Of a stretch of 64,000 nt of DNA, positions 53,218 through 64,000 are shown in pieces. The DNA comes from Actinomycetota bacterium (lineage in GTDB: Bacteria > Actinomycetota > Actinomycetes > S36-B12). The position numbers and the translations under genes are program-made. Numbering within the stretch: the stretch's first letter is position 1; each line of letters opens with the position of its first letter. The stretch is from assembly GCA_046046455.1 (NCBI GenBank), contig JBJOJS010000095.1, forward strand, positions 1,995 to 65,994. Reading direction: 5' to 3'. The notes under the pieces were generated by a model that worked only from the letters and a program-made list of their open reading frames with translations, ran no database searches and was not told the origin of the DNA.

Positions 53218-54735
53218 TCAGTGGCCGTGCTCATGGCTCCCACCACCGCCACCGCCCTTGCCCTTCTCGACGATGCGGAAGGCACCCATCATCCCCATGT
53301 CCTCGTGGAAGAGGATGTGGCAGTGGAAGACGGTCTTGCCCGTGAACTTCCGGAACTTCATCTTCAAGACGACGTACTCGTGGGGCAGCACCTGCTGGGT
53401 GTCCTCGAATGCCCGGGGCTCGACCTCGCGATAGGTGACCGTCTTGCCGGTGGCCGGGTCCCACTCGCCGCGACCCACGACAACGAAGTGGTTCACGTGG
53501 ATGTGGAAGGGGTGTCCCTCGATGGCGCCACCCTGGGCCACTGATGGGTCGTTGCGGACCACCCACTCCTCCACCGTGTCGACCTCGACCTCGAAGGGGT
53601 CATGCATGTCCTGGTGGTCGAAGACCTTGCCGTTGATGTAGAAGACCGGGCCGGTCGCGTCACTGAACGACTCGGAGAGCGTGAAGGTGCGCCGCTTGAC
53701 GGGCGCATCGTCAAGCCATGAGGGCCGGGGGGTGATTGACGCGGGAGCACGCGCGGACTTGGCGGATGGACCCTCGACCCTCACCGTGGCAAGGACCTGG
53801 GGTTGCCATTGGCCGAAGGGCCCGTTGTCGTAGCCCAGCGTGCGCAGCGAGTAGGTGCCCGGCTGCGCACTCCCGGTCACCGCGATCTCCGCCCGGGCAC
53901 CCGGCGCCAGGACCAGCTCCCGCGTCTTCCACGTGTCGAAGACGGGTACGCCGTCCACGGCCAGCACCGTCATCCGGTGATCGTCCAGGCAGATCCGGAG
54001 GAATCCGTCATTGCCCAAGTTGCCCATGCGCCAGATCTGCGTCTCCCCTGGCCGGATGACCATGGTCGGAGCGACAACACCGTTGGTCGTGAAGATCGTG
54101 TCCTTCGACGACGCCGTCCGGACCGACTCCATCGTCGGTGTCGATGCCTGCGGATCGAGGACGAAGCCCTTGAAGACCAGCAGCCGGTCGCGGCAGCCGC
54201 GGTACTCGGGTAGCGACTCCACACCGCCTTCGACGACGATCGGGCCGGACAGGCCATTCCATACGGACTCGTTGGTGTAGCCGTGAACGTGCGGGTGGTA
54301 CCAGAAGAGGCCGCGCGGGTGCGTGCGCGGGAGCGCGAGGCGACTGCGGATCGACTCACCGGGATCGGCGTGGATGAATACGTTGTCGGCGTCCCCGGAC
54401 GGGTCGACCCACCAGCCGTGGAAGTGCGTGTTGATCGGCACGGGGACCCGGTTGCGCACCGTGAGGTCCACGCGATCGCCAGGCGACACCCTCAGGCACG
54501 GTCCCACGAAGGACCCTTCGTACGTCCACAGGCCCGCGGTCATCGTGCCGTCGATGCGCGCCGAGCCCGGTGCCGCGGTCAGCGCCGCGCGCAGGACGCC
54601 GCCCCGGCTGCGCACCGTCGGGATGCGCGGGAGCGTGTCACGAGTCGAGGCAGCGGCAGGGGATGCGCCCAGGAGGATCCCGCCGCCCGCGACGGCCGCG
54701 AGGGCGAAGGCTTGGCGCCGGGTGAGCTCGGCCAC
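53218..54735 (-). CDS. Multicopper oxidase with a Tat signal and a Gly/His-rich C-terminal tail
   Basis: 505 aa from the GTG at 54735. Tat signal LTRRQAFALAAVAGG. Copper motifs HFHGWW, WYHPHVHG, HPFHIHVNHF, FHCHILFHEDMGMM. Tail GKGGGGGGSHEHGH. Confidence 0.85.
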   Translation of the reverse strand: MAELTRRQAFALAAVAGGGILLGASPAAASTRDTLPRIPTVRSRGGVLRAALTAAPGSARIDGTMTAGLWTYEGSFVGPCLRVSPGDRVDLTVRNRVPVPINTHFHGWWVDPSGDADNVFIHADPGESIRSRLALPRTHPRGLFWYHPHVHGYTNESVWNGLSGPIVVEGGVESLPEYRGCRDRLLVFKGFVLDPQASTPTMESVRTASSKDTIFTTNGVVAPTMVIRPGETQIWRMGNLGNDGFLRICLDDHRMTVLAVDGVPVFDTWKTRELVLAPGARAEIAVTGSAQPGTYSLRTLGYDNGPFGQWQPQVLATVRVEGPSAKSARAPASITPRPSWLDDAPVKRRTFTLSESFSDATGPVFYINGKVFDHQDMHDPFEVEVDTVEEWVVRNDPSVAQGGAIEGHPFHIHVNHFVVVGRGEWDPATGKTVTYREVEPRAFEDTQQVLPHEYVVLKMKFRKFTGKTVFHCHILFHEDMGMMGAFRIVEKGKGGGGGGSHEHGH

Positions 54736-54752
54736 GACGCGAAGGCTACGCG

Positions 54753-55346
54753 CTAGGGCGCCAGGACGGTGCGAGCGAGTGCCCTCAACGCCTGGCCACG
54801 ATGACTGACGGCGTCCTTCTCGTGGGGACGCAATTCGGCGGTCGTCAGCGCATAGCCCAGCGGGCGGAAGATCGGGTCGTAGCCGAACCCGTGAGCACCG
54901 TGGGGCTCGCGGGCCAGCGTGCCCTCGAGAACTCCCTCGACGACGTGCTCGTCTCCCTCCGCGCCAACCCAGGCGGCCGCGCACACGAACTGCGCTCCAC
55001 GCCGCGCCTCGGGCACCTCGGAGAGCTGGGCGAGCACCAGTGCGAGGTTGGCAGCGTCATCACCGTGGCGACCTGCCCAGCGGGCTGAGAGAACGCCGGG
55101 CATGCCGTGCAGTGCATCGACGCAGAGCCCGGAGTCATCGGCGATCGCGGGCAGGCCGGTCGCCGCTGCAGCTGAGCGCGCCTTGAGCAGTGCGTTGCCC
55201 GCGAAGGTGGACTCGGTCTCCGCGACATCCGGAGCATCGGCCGGCAGCGCGATCAACTCGATGTCGACACCCTCGGCCTGGAGGATGCGGGTGACCTCGG
55301 CGACCTTGTGATCATTGCGGGTCGCAAGGACCGCACGGATCGTCAC
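54753..55346 (-). CDS. rdgB: Non-canonical purine NTP pyrophosphatase (RdgB/HAM1)
   Basis: 197 aa. LATRNDHKV and FGYDPIF motifs. Confidence 0.85.
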   Translation of the reverse strand: MTIRAVLATRNDHKVAEVTRILQAEGVDIELIALPADAPDVAETESTFAGNALLKARSAAAATGLPAIADDSGLCVDALHGMPGVLSARWAGRHGDDAANLALVLAQLSEVPEARRGAQFVCAAAWVGAEGDEHVVEGVLEGTLAREPHGAHGFGYDPIFRPLGYALTTAELRPHEKDAVSHRGQALRALARTVLAP

Positions 55347-56065
55347 GATGTGAGCGCTGCGCGCTGCAACGCCGTGAGATCAGCGCAGCCGGCCGCGGCA
55401 AGATCGAGCAATTGGTCGAGAAGGCGGCGATCGAAGGGCTCCCCCTCGGCCGTGCCCTGGACCTCGACGTAGGTGCCGCTCCCGGTCATGACGACGTTCA
55501 TGTCCGTCTCCGCGCGTACGTCGTCGTCGTAGTGCAGATCCAGACGCGGCTCGCCATCGATGATGCCGACACTCACTGCAGCCACCGAGTCGATGAGCGG
55601 ATCGCCCTTGACGTGACCCTGCGTCTTCGCCCATGCGATCGCATCGGCGAGTGCAAGATAGGCACCGGTGATCGCGGCCGTGCGCGTGCCTCCGTCGGCC
55701 TGCAGCACATCGCAGTCGAGGACGATCGTGTTCTCGCCGAGCGCCTCCATGTCGATGACCGCCCGCAGGCTGCGTCCGATGAGGCGCGAGATCTCCTGGG
55801 TGCGCCCACCGAGCCGACCCTTGACCGACTCGCGGTCGCTGCGCGTATTGGTCGAGCGCGGGAGCATGGCGTACTCCGCCGTGACCCAGCCGCGGCCGGA
55901 ATCCTTGAGCCATCGCGGCACACCGGGAGTGAAGCTCGCGGTGCAGAGGACTCGGGTGCGCCCGAAGCTCACCAGGGTCGAGCCCTCCGCCTGCTCGAGC
56001 CACCCGCGCTCGAAGGTGACGGGGCGGAGCTGGGTCGAATCGCGGCCATCGGAACGCGTGGTCAT
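55343..56065 (-). CDS. rph: Ribonuclease PH
   Basis: 240 aa. [28 protein letters not shown]. Confidence 0.95.
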   Translation of the reverse strand: MTTRSDGRDSTQLRPVTFERGWLEQAEGSTLVSFGRTRVLCTASFTPGVPRWLKDSGRGWVTAEYAMLPRSTNTRSDRESVKGRLGGRTQEISRLIGRSLRAVIDMEALGENTIVLDCDVLQADGGTRTAAITGAYLALADAIAWAKTQGHVKGDPLIDSVAAVSVGIIDGEPRLDLHYDDDVRAETDMNVVMTGSGTYVEVQGTAEGEPFDRRLLDQLLDLAAAGCADLTALQRAALTS

Positions 56066-56076
56066 GGGGCTTGACC

Positions 56077-56823
56077 CTAGGCCACATCGATGACGAGGCC
56101 GCTGGAGGCCAGCATGATCTCGCCCTCGAATGCCGGGCGGGCCTCGGCCATCGTGGCTTGCGGGTCGTTCCAGGCGACCAGGTGGGTGAGCACGAGGATG
56201 CCGGCACCTGCAGCCTGCGCGTGTTCAGCAGCCTGGCGGGCGGTGAGGTGCACATCGGGCGCCGGGCGCGACTCGAGGCAGCTCGCCTCGATGAGCGCCA
56301 CATCGGCATCGCGCGCGAGATCGATGAGCGCCGCTGATTCACCCGTGTCACCCGAGTAGGCAATCGCATGGCCATCGACTGCGACGCGAAATCCGTACGC
56401 CTCAACGGGATGGTTCACGCGCGCGGCGGTGACCGTGAGGGGTCCTATCGCATGCGCTCCCGCGACGAGATCACGGAAGTCGAACTGCCCGGTCATCCCG
56501 GGTTCCTCCGGCAGGTCGTACGCGCGGGCCATGCGCGCAGCTGTGCCGCGGGGGCCCCACACCGGGATGCGATCGTGCGGCCCCTCCGGGTCATAGCGCC
56601 GCGCGACGTAGAGCCCGCACAGATCCAGGCAGTGGTCCGCATGCAGATGCGACAGCACCACCGCGTCGATGTCCTGCAGGGGGATGTGCCGCTGAAGCAC
56701 ACCGAGGGCGCCGTTGCCCAGGTCGAGCAGGAGCCGGAAGCCGTCATGCTCGATGAGGTAGCAGGACGCAGGCGAGTCGGCACCGGGGAAGGAACCGGCG
56801 CAGCCGATCACCGTGAGGCGCAC
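56077..56823 (-). CDS. MBL-fold metallo-hydrolase (Rv1339-like)
   Basis: 248 aa with HLHADH motif. Conserved position between murI and rph, as in mycobacteria. Confidence 0.8.
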   Translation of the reverse strand: MRLTVIGCAGSFPGADSPASCYLIEHDGFRLLLDLGNGALGVLQRHIPLQDIDAVVLSHLHADHCLDLCGLYVARRYDPEGPHDRIPVWGPRGTAARMARAYDLPEEPGMTGQFDFRDLVAGAHAIGPLTVTAARVNHPVEAYGFRVAVDGHAIAYSGDTGESAALIDLARDADVALIEASCLESRPAPDVHLTARQAAEHAQAAGAGILVLTHLVAWNDPQATMAEARPAFEGEIMLASSGLVIDVA

Positions 56824-56832
56824 AGCGCCAGC

Positions 56833-58855
<2,023 letters not shown>

Positions 58856-58864
58856 GGTCCAAGC

Positions 58865-59284
58865 CTAGGCGACGATCTCGATCGGCTCCTCCGAGACCAC
58901 CCCGTCGACGATCCGGTACGAACGGACCTCCACCGGCCCCTCCTCGGCCCCCGCCTCGCGGGTGGAGACGAGGACGTAGTGGGCACCGGGCTCGGAGGCG
59001 TAGGAGATGTCGGTTCGCGAAGGGTAGGCCTCCGTGGCCGTGTGGGAGTGGTAGATCACGACGGGCTCCTCGCCCAAGTCGTCCATTTCCCGGTAGAGGC
59101 GCAGCAGGTCGGCCGAGTCGAATTCGTAGAAGGTGGCCGATCGCGCGGCATTGACCATGGGGATGAAGCGCTCAGGGTGGTCACTGCCCTCTGGGCCCGC
59201 GATGACGCCGCAGGCCTCATCGGGGTGGTCGGCCCGGGCGTGGGCCACCATCGCGTCGACGAGTTCCGCCCGGATCCTCAGCAC
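58865..59284 (-). CDS. mec: JAMM/MPN+ metalloprotease Mec
   Basis: 139 aa. E..HSHTATEAYPSRTD JAMM motif. Confidence 0.8.
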   Translation of the reverse strand: MLRIRAELVDAMVAHARADHPDEACGVIAGPEGSDHPERFIPMVNAARSATFYEFDSADLLRLYREMDDLGEEPVVIYHSHTATEAYPSRTDISYASEPGAHYVLVSTREAGAEEGPVEVRSYRIVDGVVSEEPIEIVA

Positions 59285-59393
59285 GCGCCAAGCCTAGGGC
59301 GCCTCAATTACGCACCGGCCAGGGTCCATAAATCGTGTCGTAGGTGGTTCAACTTGCGGGCGTCCCCAACCCGGAGGACAGTCCGGTCCGTAC

Positions 59394-59433
59394 GGCGCCT
59401 CTGGGGCGCCCGAGGTCGGCGCCGGAGGGCGCC
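59394..59433 (+). promoter_or_regulatory. Array of four GGCGCC palindromes in the rhodopsin 5' region
   Basis: GGCGCC at 59394, 59405, 59418 and 59428 (spacings 11, 13, 10). The array ends 18 nt before the GTG start. Each copy is self-complementary, so alternative hairpins are possible. Confidence 0.3.
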
Positions 59434-59451
59434 ACGAGAAAGGGGTGCTGC

Positions 59452-60273
59452 GTGGAGGTCGTCGAGACTCTCACCAATGCTCAGTTCCAAACTGTGTACA
59501 ACATCCTGTCCCTGGCGCTGGCCTCCATGGCTGCGACGACAGTGTTCCTGCTGGCTGTGACGCCGCGCGTCCTGCCGCGCTACCGGCTCGCTCTCGTGGT
59601 CTCGGCCATGGTCTGCTTCATCGCCGCCTACCACTACCTGCGCATCTTCGATTCGTTCTCGGATGCCTACATCGCCGTGGGCGCCGGCACGCCAGGCGTG
59701 CAGGAGGTCTTCGAGCTCGTCAAGGGTGACGGCTTCAATGAGGGCTACCGCTACGTCGACTGGCTGCTCACCGTTCCGCTGCTGCTCTTCGAAACGGTTG
59801 CCGTGCTCGCCCTTCCCGCAGCCGTGCGTCGTTCGCTGCTGTGGAAGCTCATCCCCGCTTCGGCTCTCATGATCATCCTGGGCTACCCCGGTGAGATCAC
59901 GGCCGAGCTGGCTCCTAAGGCCATCTGGGGTGCGCTCTCGACGATCCCGTTCATCTACATCCTCTACGTGCTCTTCGTGGAGCTCAGCCGAGCGGCGAAG
60001 AACCAGCCGAACCAGGTGGGCAAGGAGCTCGCGGGCCTGCGCTGGCTGCTCCTCGCCACGTGGGGTGTCTACCCGATCTCCTACGCCTTCCCGATGCTCG
60101 GGCTCGACGGTGCCGACGCCTTCGTCTACCGCCAGGTGGGCTACTCGATCGCGGATGTGCTCGCGAAGTGCCTCTACGGCCTTCTCATCTTCAAGATCGC
60201 GCGCATCAAGTCGATGGACGACAGCCCGGAGTTCGCCGAGGCTGAGATGAAGGAAGCTCCCTCGAGCAAGTAG
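59452..60273 (+). CDS. Microbial (type I) rhodopsin, DTE-motif xanthorhodopsin/proteorhodopsin-like proton pump
   Basis: 273 aa from the GTG at 59452 (AAAGGGG SD 6 nt upstream), 7 TM. Helix C is RYVDWLLTVPLLLFE (D, T, E at the PR D97/T101/E108 positions; Leu at the 105 position). Helix B has AAYHY. Helix G YSIADVLAK carries the Schiff-base Lys. Confidence 0.85.
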   Translation: MEVVETLTNAQFQTVYNILSLALASMAATTVFLLAVTPRVLPRYRLALVVSAMVCFIAAYHYLRIFDSFSDAYIAVGAGTPGVQEVFELVKGDGFNEGYRYVDWLLTVPLLLFETVAVLALPAAVRRSLLWKLIPASALMIILGYPGEITAELAPKAIWGALSTIPFIYILYVLFVELSRAAKNQPNQVGKELAGLRWLLLATWGVYPISYAFPMLGLDGADAFVYRQVGYSIADVLAKCLYGLLIFKIARIKSMDDSPEFAEAEMKEAPSSK

Positions 60274-60287
60274 TTCGACCGGGACAG

Positions 60288-60328
60288 GAGAAGAGGCGGG
60301 GCCCCTCGGGGCTCCGCCTCTTCTCTTT
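60288..60328. terminator. Rho-independent terminator after the rhodopsin gene (shared with the convergent gene)
   Basis: GAGAAGAGGCGGGGCCCC tc GGGGCTCCGCCTCTTCTC followed by TTTGT. Confidence 0.7.
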
Positions 60329-60345
60329 GTCGGGATCTCGGCGCC

Positions 60346-60891
60346 TCAGGGCATCACCGACTGGACAAGGCTTTCCTGCAGGTAGGTCAGCCAGTCGTAG
60401 ACATGGAAGGTCGCCGCCCGCGGATCCTCGTCCGGCAGATCGGCGAGTTCGGCCATTCCGTCTTCGGTGATGCCCAGGCGTGTGCCGAGGGCAAGCCGCA
60501 CGTCATTGAGAGCTCCGAGCCAGGCACTCGCCTCATCGGCGCTGAGCGTGACCTTCTCCCCCGATCGGCGCAGCGTCTCGATCGCCGTGGCGGCATGGGC
60601 CAACTTGGTCTCGCGCAGGGAGCGCTCGGTGAAGCGCCGGAACTGCGCGGACGACTCGACATCGTCTAGGTACGCATCCGGGAAGAGCCGGGCGAGTGCG
60701 GGATCCTCGGGGCGAGCGGCATCCGGGTTGAGGCCGACCAGGCTGACGAGCGGGTCCTCGTCCTCGGCGCCCTCGGGAGTCACGAACTCGACGAGTTGCT
60801 CGAGGAGCGACAGGAGCAGACCCTTCTCCACGACGTCGACCCGGAGGATGACGCGACCCGTGGCGGTGCGCCGGAAGCCGTGCACGCTCAC
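60346..60891 (-). CDS. DUF2017-family protein (ClpS-associated)
   Basis: 181 aa from the GTG at 60891 (GTGA overlap with the clpS stop). Conserved partner of clpS in Actinobacteria, as I recall. Confidence 0.7.
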   Translation of the reverse strand: MSVHGFRRTATGRVILRVDVVEKGLLLSLLEQLVEFVTPEGAEDEDPLVSLVGLNPDAARPEDPALARLFPDAYLDDVESSAQFRRFTERSLRETKLAHAATAIETLRRSGEKVTLSADEASAWLGALNDVRLALGTRLGITEDGMAELADLPDEDPRAATFHVYDWLTYLQESLVQSVMP

Positions 60892-61181
60892 GTGTCGTCC
60901 TTGGTCAACGTCGCCCACAGACCGTAGGAGTGCATCGCCGAGACATCGCGCTCCATCTCCTCGCGCGATCCGGCCGAGACCACCGAGCGCCCGTCCTGAT
61001 GCACCTGCATCATCAACTTCTCCGCCTTCTCGCGCGGATAGTGGAAGTAGGTCATGAAGACGTAGGTGACATAGGACATCAGATTGACGGGGTCGTTCCA
61101 CACGATGGTGATCCACGGGGTATCCGCGGACACGACCTCATCGACATCGGGGCGCTCGAGTTCCGTCGGAGCCGTCGTCAC
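60888..61181 (-). CDS. clpS: ATP-dependent Clp protease adaptor ClpS
   Basis: 97 aa. [43 protein letters not shown]. Confidence 0.9.
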   Translation of the reverse strand: MTTAPTELERPDVDEVVSADTPWITIVWNDPVNLMSYVTYVFMTYFHYPREKAEKLMMQVHQDGRSVVSAGSREEMERDVSAMHSYGLWATLTKDDT

Positions 61182-61203
61182 GGCTTCAGGGTACGGCGAA
61201 CCG

Positions 61204-63054
61204 TCAGCCGACGGTGATCACGAGGCGAGCCGAGGCCCCCTGGGCGACGGTCGCGGACTCGGGGACGAGGAGGCGGTAGGAGACCTCGCCCTCGACCGTC
61301 GGCTTGACCGTCGCGGTTACCTTGCCACCGGCGATGGTCATCGCGGTGGCCACGTCGCGCCATGCGCCCGAGGAGTTGCGTCGCTGGACGGTCACGGAAA
61401 TGCCGTCGAGGTTCGGCGAGACGACGCCCGTGATGGTGACGGGCGTGCCTACCGCGACCGTAGTCGCGCTTGCCTGAGCGGTCACGGCATAGCGCACAGT
61501 CGTTGGCGCCGGATCGCTCTCGCCGGCTGCTCGCGACCACGAGCCCTCGACCGACACGGTCCAGGACCCACTGGACTCGACTGGGACCTTAAAGACACCC
61601 TTGCCCTCGCCATCGAGGGTGATCGAGTCCACCTTCGCGCGCGTCGCCGATCCACCCTTGGGCTCGAAGTAGAGGGTTGCCTCGGCGCCCTTGGCCGCGC
61701 CCGCACGCGAGTCGGTGCTCACGCGCACGGAGACGGTGCGCCCATGCGTCGTCACCTTCGGCGCCTTGACGGTCACTGTCGTCGCGGCAGGAGCGATCTC
61801 GCGGCCGTAGTCAGCGAGACGCGAGTAGAAGTCGCTGGTGACCGTGCCGAAGTCCCACACGGCAATGCCACCGATCTTGAGATCCGGCACGATCTTGGCT
61901 CGACTCAGAGCGGAACGAGTGTCCGCGAACCACACGCGGCGCTTGACGTCGCAGGTGCGCTCCTTCTTGTCCACCTTGCCGGCGGTGGGCAGCCAGTAGT
62001 CGAAGGTCCACTCCCCCGACTCCGCGTCCCACGTGGGCTCGATCTTCTCGCGGGCAGCGATCTCACGTGCGGACATGGGCGTGACGCTGGTGCGCGAGGG
62101 AGTGGTCGTCGGCTTCCACCCCGCCGGACACTGGTCGTCGACAGCCCAGCCGGTGCCCACCTGCACGGGCCAGTTGCGGCCGTACTGCGGAGCCCCGATC
62201 CACACGCGGTCGGCATATTCCTCGCCCACCTGCTGGACGGCGCTCTTGGCGACCAGGGTCGCCCAGTCGTTAGGGCCGATGGGTCCCGGCACGTCCCAGC
62301 TGTAGTCGTAAGCCATGATGTTGAGGCGGTCCACGAAGGGCGCGATCTCGTTCCATGCGTACACCCAATAGCCCGTGCCGGGATTGGGTGCGCCCGAACC
62401 CGAGAACGGCGGGACACCACCCGGCACGGTCGCCCACAGCGTGAGCCCCTTCGCGTGAAGTTGCTCCGAGAGCTCCTTGACCATCGCCACCCAGCGCGGC
62501 TTGGTGGCCTCCCACGAGTCACGGCCGTCAGCGAAGGCGAAGGCCTCCCAGTCGAGATCGATGCCGTCGACGCCTGCCTTGACGGCGTAGTCGGTGATCT
62601 GCTGGGCGTAGGCCTTGCGGTTCTTGCCCGACGCCAGGTAGGCGCTCAGCTTCCCCGCGTTGGCCGAACCGAGATCGGTGATCGACGCGTTGACCTTGAT
62701 GCCAGCGGCCTGGAGCACCTTGCGCTGCCGATCGAACTTCGGCGTCGTCCAGGGGGTCGCGCTCTTGCACAGGGGATCACCCCATGCGCCGTCCTTGTCG
62801 TAGTCGCCGTTGTCGTAGAGGCACAAGGGGTTCTTGTCGCCCTGGAAGGACCACCAGAACATCGCCACCTCGCCGACGACGCCGTCGGCGGTCGAGACCA
62901 TCTGCGAGATCGAGGTATCCGACGCCCACCAACCGAACCAGCCCGACACGACAGGTCGCGGCGCCTCGGCCGCGGATGCCGCCGGGGCAGCCACGAGCGT
63001 GGCGGCCGCGACCGCGGCTGAGGCGATAAGGGCGGTGGTCCCGCGCAGGCGCAT
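61204..63054 (-). CDS. Secreted glycoside hydrolase family 18 protein with C-terminal Ig-like domains
   Basis: 616 aa with signal ...[11 protein letters not shown]18 catalytic motif [10 protein letters not shown]. About 200 aa of beta-rich repeats at the C-terminus. Confidence 0.8.
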   Translation of the reverse strand: MRLRGTTALIASAAVAAATLVAAPAASAAEAPRPVVSGWFGWWASDTSISQMVSTADGVVGEVAMFWWSFQGDKNPLCLYDNGDYDKDGAWGDPLCKSATPWTTPKFDRQRKVLQAAGIKVNASITDLGSANAGKLSAYLASGKNRKAYAQQITDYAVKAGVDGIDLDWEAFAFADGRDSWEATKPRWVAMVKELSEQLHAKGLTLWATVPGGVPPFSGSGAPNPGTGYWVYAWNEIAPFVDRLNIMAYDYSWDVPGPIGPNDWATLVAKSAVQQVGEEYADRVWIGAPQYGRNWPVQVGTGWAVDDQCPAGWKPTTTPSRTSVTPMSAREIAAREKIEPTWDAESGEWTFDYWLPTAGKVDKKERTCDVKRRVWFADTRSALSRAKIVPDLKIGGIAVWDFGTVTSDFYSRLADYGREIAPAATTVTVKAPKVTTHGRTVSVRVSTDSRAGAAKGAEATLYFEPKGGSATRAKVDSITLDGEGKGVFKVPVESSGSWTVSVEGSWSRAAGESDPAPTTVRYAVTAQASATTVAVGTPVTITGVVSPNLDGISVTVQRRNSSGAWRDVATAMTIAGGKVTATVKPTVEGEVSYRLLVPESATVAQGASARLVITVG

Positions 63055-63245
63055 GGTGCTCCCTTCGATCCCATCCAGGCTACGTCGGGTGTCGCGCTGA
63101 GAGCCTCAGCCGATCGGCTCCACCCGGAATTCCCAGGGCGATCTGCGTCACATCTGAGGCACTTCGTTGACTGGCGACTTATCGCACCTGACTTCGGCGT
63201 GTCGCCCGCGATAACCCGCCACTGAACGATGTCCGCGGAGCAGGC

Positions 63246-63884
63246 CTAGCCCAGGGCTCGGGCGATCTCCTGAGCAGCACGGGCGACCCGGGCCCCGACC
63301 TCGTCCGGGGGGACAGCGACCGCCACTCCCACGGCCGCCTCGATACCCGGGATGCCCAGGACCGGGGCTGCGATGCCGCTGCTGCCCGGGGAGTCGCCGG
63401 TGGAGACCACCCACGGGGGATCGAGGGGGCGACCCGCTGCCGTGCGCGCTGCCAGCACGGCGCGCCCGGCAGCGCCAAGCTCCAGCGGGATACGGGACCC
63501 GAGCCGATAGGCCACATGCACATCGGAGCGCGGGGGCTCGGCCACCGCGACGGCGAGCAGGTCCTGGCCGTCCACGACTCCGAGATATGCCGTGGCGCCG
63601 ATCCCTTCGGCGAGGCGGCGCAGGACGGGCATGGCCGCATCGCGGAGGAAGGGCTGCACCTGCCGGGCGAGGGTGAGCACCGCAAGGCCGAGGCGACAGC
63701 GTCCGTCGGTGCCGCGCCGCACGAGGCCGTGCTGCTCGAGGGTGACGATGAGCCTGTAGACGACGGTGCGACTCACCCCGAGGGCCGCCGCGACTTCCGT
63801 CACGGTGAGGCCCTCGGGGGAGTCCGCGAGCACCGAGAGGACCCGTAGCCCCCGATCGAGGGTCTGCGAGGTCTCCTTGGGCAT
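63246..63884 (-). CDS. IclR-family transcriptional regulator
   Basis: 212 aa. The N-terminal wHTH LDRGLRVLSVLADSPEGLTVTEVAAALGVSRTVVYRLIVTLE is followed by an IclR effector domain. Confidence 0.85.
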   Translation of the reverse strand: MPKETSQTLDRGLRVLSVLADSPEGLTVTEVAAALGVSRTVVYRLIVTLEQHGLVRRGTDGRCRLGLAVLTLARQVQPFLRDAAMPVLRRLAEGIGATAYLGVVDGQDLLAVAVAEPPRSDVHVAYRLGSRIPLELGAAGRAVLAARTAAGRPLDPPWVVSTGDSPGSSGIAAPVLGIPGIEAAVGVAVAVPPDEVGARVARAAQEIARALG

Positions 63885-63890
63885 AGGGCG

Positions 63891-64000
63891 CTAGGCCGCG
63901 GCCTTCTTGGCCAGTGACTTCACCTGGAACGCCGAGATGATCTCGAAGATGCCGAGCACGAGGAGCCAGATGCCCGCGATCCACACGAAGATGCCGACGG
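63891..64000 (-). CDS. 3' end of a membrane-protein gene truncated by the window edge (HdeD/DUF308-like?)
   Basis: My hand translation gives ...VGIFVWIAGIWLLVLGIFEIISAFQVKSLAKKAAA, then TAG at 63891-3. This ORF is not in the track and the family guess is weak. Confidence 0.3.
   Translation of the reverse strand, partial: VGIFVWIAGIWLLVLGIFEIISAFQVKSLAKKAAA

Overview
GC-rich actinobacterial chromosomal segment. The conserved clpS-mec-cysO-cysM-murI-rph-rdgB block supports the phylum; the genus cannot be determined by eye. I call about 64 protein genes, 2 tRNAs (Lys-CTT, Leu-TAG), several hairpin terminators, two non-coding or low-complexity repeat tracts and a few candidate operators. I saw no transposase, integrase, CRISPR array or rRNA. 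Most long ORFs in the six-frame track are antisense or stop-poor GC artefacts, and many real genes needed 5' trimming. Trimmed starts were computed from ORF-track frame arithmetic. Short-motif coordinates are +/-2 nt.

Order of content:
- a DUF4395-like membrane protein
- a phosphate block (PhoX-like secreted phosphatase, PHS-like MFS, and an atypical pst operon)
- tandem HD-domain paralogs
- an arsenic island (arsC, MIP channel, arsI-like / arsR, MFS)
- an AlkB-rubredoxin fusion with a TetR regulator
- VKOR plus a P-type ATPase
- a nitrogen block (amino-acid ABC importer, Orn/Lys/Arg decarboxylase, TetR, potABCD, YtcJ-like amidohydrolase, fused ureAB plus ureC with no accessory genes)
- an L,D-transpeptidase
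- a small catabolic cluster (CoA ligase, SDR, formamidase, FMN 2-hydroxyacid dehydrogenase, FMN reductase)
- a Tat-signal nicotinamidase, an EamA transporter, zwf and a GroES-like paralog
- a ZnuABC-like importer coupled to bcp
- a multicopper oxidase
- the conserved rdgB-rph-MBL-murI-cysM-cysO-mec / DUF2017-clpS block
- a GH18 hydrolase, IclR, and a truncated membrane gene at the right edge

Most unusual observations:
1. The pst operon reads pstC-pstA-[six secreted or surface genes]-pstB. The six include three PstS-like domains, two of them on stalked proteins with C-terminal TM anchors, plus a sortase homologue that has lost both catalytic His and Cys. I do not recognise this as a described system.
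2. A DTE-motif xanthorhodopsin-like microbial rhodopsin sits as a lone opposite-strand gene inside the conserved clpS...mec housekeeping block.
3. An accessory-less two-gene urease homologue is coupled to a YtcJ-like amidohydrolase.
4. A 460-bp non-coding tract carries a 17-nt tandem repeat.
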